Source: Gekko japonicus
Lineage: Eukaryota
Length of the DNA: 64,000 nt
Direction of reading: 5' to 3'
NCBI RefSeq assembly: GCF_001447785.1
Contig: NW_015175410.1
Coordinates: forward strand, 152,230-216,229
The notes under the pieces are model-generated. The model was not told where the DNA came from and ran no database searches. It was given only the letters and a program-made list of their open reading frames with translations. This document shows positions 60,700 through 64,000 of the stretch, piece after piece; the first letter of the stretch is position 1, and the number at the start of each line of letters is the position of its first letter. The position numbers and the translations under genes were made by a program.

Positions 60700-63157
60700 T
60701 AGACAGGCTGCAGGAAGGAAATGTCTAGAATCATCAGAGGCTGCAGGAAAGAAATATCTAGAATAATTAGGAACAGCTTCCTTGACCTGGCCTGACTGGG
60801 TCAGGGGGTGGGGAAAAGAGAGGTGATAAAAACTCCATGCAGCAGGAAAGTGGTCTCTTTTCCTTGGGTGCTGCATCCATGACAGCACACAGACCTCTCT
60901 CGACTGAGAAGGCAGCCACTGACCATATGCTCGCCTAAAGAGCTGGAGCAAACTTCAAGGTAATGGATACAATGTAGAGATCTGTAAGTTCTTAAAGCTA
61001 AGGAGCATGTCCTATATTTTAACATCTGATAGGGCATGTACAGAGAGAGGGACAGAAGATGGTATAACTGTACCGAGAACACCTGATATGTTATTAAATA
61101 CTTCTGCATTGAGAGTATCAATGCTGGCATCTGCAGAGAATAAAATGAAGACAGACTCTATCCCCCCCCTCAAAAAACTGGGAATTTGTGTTACAAATTT
61201 TAAGTCAATAGAAGACAGATGTTTATGTAGCAGAAAAGACAGATGTTCCCTGACTGCCCATATTTTCATCCAGTTTATAATCTGGCAATTATAGGGTAGG
61301 ATATTCAGCACTGTTTTGTTACAATCAAGTATCAAAGGGTATGTGTGAGCGGATCCAGATTTGATACAGGATTTAATTTATCCCCATTGTTTTCTTATAT
61401 CAGTCATCCCATCCTTCCAATCCTTACCCTTAGATTGATAAATTGCCCCTTTTCCTTGTTTACTTGAATTTTGCTCTCATTGGTGTGGTAGATGTCACTA
61501 TTCCCTTTGTTTCTAAATTCCCACTTTCCTTACTCTCCTTGTTGTCCTTATTCCCCTTTACCAGGAGATCTTCTATTCATTTTGATAATATATCTAATTT
61601 CTCAAAGATTTTCCTTTAAGTATTAGATCTTAAGAGTGTCTGATTTGCCAGCACTTCCAGATCTATTTGTTGTTTTCCCCATTTTTAATTTTTCCCAAGA
61701 GCTCATCTATAATAGCAATGTGGGTTGGAGATCCTAAAGGAGGGTCTGAAGAAATGTTTAAGAGACTTGGGGTGGACATGTCCCTACCCCTAGGTAAAGG
61801 AAATCCGTTAGGAGTTTTTATAGTAAAACACTTCTCCATCTTGCTTTGCTTACAAGGGGGTAAATCCTCATCAAGAGGACACACCCTTTTCCTTCTCCTC
61901 TTTTTATATGGTGCTACTCCGCAAAGTAACTCTACTAAAGTTTGTTCAGTTTGACTAGATAGCTGAAATATGTTTAAAATCAAATTAATAAAATATATCT
62001 AATATCAAATTTAAATCAAATTGAGCTACTAAATTCCCAATACTTAATTTATTATGGTAAGACACAAATAAATTTACAATGGTTAAAATACCTAACCATT
62101 TTGCTTAGTAAAGGTAAAACCCTCCTCCTGCATACAATAAGATATTGTTAATGGCAATCAAGAGGCAAATAAAATTAGAAGCAAAAAGATAATCATACAA
62201 CCATAAAATAACACGAAACACACAAGCCAAACTCTGCCACACCCTACCAAAACTCTGTCAAACCCCGCCACACCCTGCCAAAACAACAACACACAAACCA
62301 TTCAGCTTCAAATTCTATCATGAATGCTTAGCTCATAAGTGAGCTCATAGGTGAGGTATACAAAGCAACAAAGCAACTTTTCCCTCCCCACTGCTGGCTC
62401 TGTAACCATCCCTCAGCAAGCAGAAGGCTTTGGTATCAGGCTTGCTCTGGCTTTATAGAAGTTTTTAGAGAGCCACCAGAGCAATTTCCTATTACTACCT
62501 CCCTTAATAATATGAACACCAGCCAATTAGCAAGATAAGACAACTATGTTAACAAGCAAATATAAGACATAAAAATATTAAAGATAAAACCCTCCTCAAA
62601 GCAAAGCACAGCACACAGCGTTGTTCTCAGCACATCCAGAAATGCCCAAGTCTCAGAGGGACAAACAATTGCATTTTTACCCATTTCTTTTCTGGCACTT
62701 TCTCAATCTGGTGCTGTGCTTGTGAACATTTTCTTTTTAAAGAATACTTTATAACTTTTGATGCTGGCTGTGGTTCTCTATACCACATAGACCTCCAACA
62801 TCTCAGACATGCTATTTTAAAAGGAGCGCCAGGGAGAAGGTAGGCAGTTGGCAAGTGGCTATTCCTCCAAGGGCGTGCAGGGCAGTAAACTGTCCCTGTG
62901 GTGACCAGGCTCTGGCAGCAGGAGACACAGAGGCAAGGCCTCAGAACTTGGAAGGGAAGCTGGGAGCCCTGACCTCCCAGTGGGTAATTCCGGTAAAGGT
63001 CAGGTGATGGTGGCGGGCTACCCGAGCGTGGAAGAAGAGCCCCTCCAGGGGTTGAGCAGGCCCATTCCACCACATAACTAATCTTGCATTCTGTTTTAAG
63101 GAAAAGAGACAGGAATTTACTCAGTTGAGGTGAGCAAGGAGGGGGAAAAAAGCTCAC
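60700..63157 (-). mobile_element. Possible degenerate LINE 5' region with ORF1-like remnant
   Basis: Collinear minus-strand ORF pieces at 61663-61983 and 61012-61335, linked by a broken coiled-coil frame (IFEKLDILSK*IEDLL). Family and boundaries are uncertain. Confidence 0.35.
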
Positions 63158-64000
63158 AGTACCATTTATTTCAGACAGTTTTTAAAACCTATATTAGAAC
63201 CTGAACTGGAGAACTTCTGACAGGATTTTGCAATAATTTATACCAGCAGGAGTTAAGCACAATCTGAACTACGGAAATCAGGTGCATTCTACTGTACATA
63301 CAAATTTTCATGAACAGAAGATTAGATTCCATTTACAGTAAAGTAAATTAAGATTAAAGTTTCTGTAGCAATAGTTAAGGTCACTCTGCTGCCTTCCTGA
63401 AGGGGGTAGGGGAAGAGGTGGCTAGGGAAAAAATGCAGTACTAGAGTAATAGCCTTAACATTAAACAACCCAATGGGAAAAAATCTTTAAAGGCCATCTG
63501 GCAGCCAGCTTTTTAAAAGTTAACTTCCAAAAGCTTAGGGGGGGGGGGAGATTACTGAGAGCATCACCGGAAAAGAATTAGAGCAAGAGTGTTCAGAATG
63601 TCCACAAGCAAAAACAGACTCTTAATACAGAATTCAACATAGGATTAAGTGCAATACTTCCCATACCTTATTTGAAAGATGACAAAGATGGTGTTATGAA
63701 AAGTGCCTTTCAGTGGACAGGGTGTATTTACTTATTATGAATCTCAGTTTTCAGTGGTACTGTTAACTCTGAGGACCAGCAAAAATGCTGAAAGCTCCTC
63801 TGGGTCAGACCGAACGGAACATCTTTTATTAAGTAACCATCCCAATTTAAACCAACCATTACTGCATTATGGTTTTACTAGGAATAAGGCCTGTTGTGGG
63901 AATAAATACAACGGCCTCTAGAAAGAGGCTTTGGGCCAGTGCCCCAACCTTGGCTGGGGAGGTTGGGGAGGGAAGGGAAAGATAGAGGGAGACAAGGCAT

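Overview
This is eukaryotic genomic DNA from a squamate reptile, most likely a gecko; the species is inferred from Sauria SINE, BovB, CR1/L2, Penelope and SINE content. The only host gene I can support is HPCAL1 (hippocalcin-like 1 / VILIP-3) on the minus strand. Its three coding exons (29189-28812, 26710-26605, 14725-14628) have canonical GT-AG junctions and splice to a complete 193-aa protein, with a probable poly(A) signal at 13610-13615. The promoter and upstream non-coding exon(s) were not located. The rest is intron and flank packed with transposable elements. Three observations stand out. (1) A TSD-bounded 1.7-kb element at 55005-56706 has an L1 5' end and ORF1 but no ORF2 (half-L1-like), and two further ORF1-like relics occur in the window. 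(2) A DIRS tyrosine-recombinase retrotransposon at 17838-24507 retains both inverted termini, the internal complementary region and GTT ends, and carries nested L2, CR1 and BovB insertions. (3) An unexplained, decayed coding-like stretch lies at about 50965-51645. An assembly gap lies at 21052-21628. Family names come from recognition by eye, not database searches.
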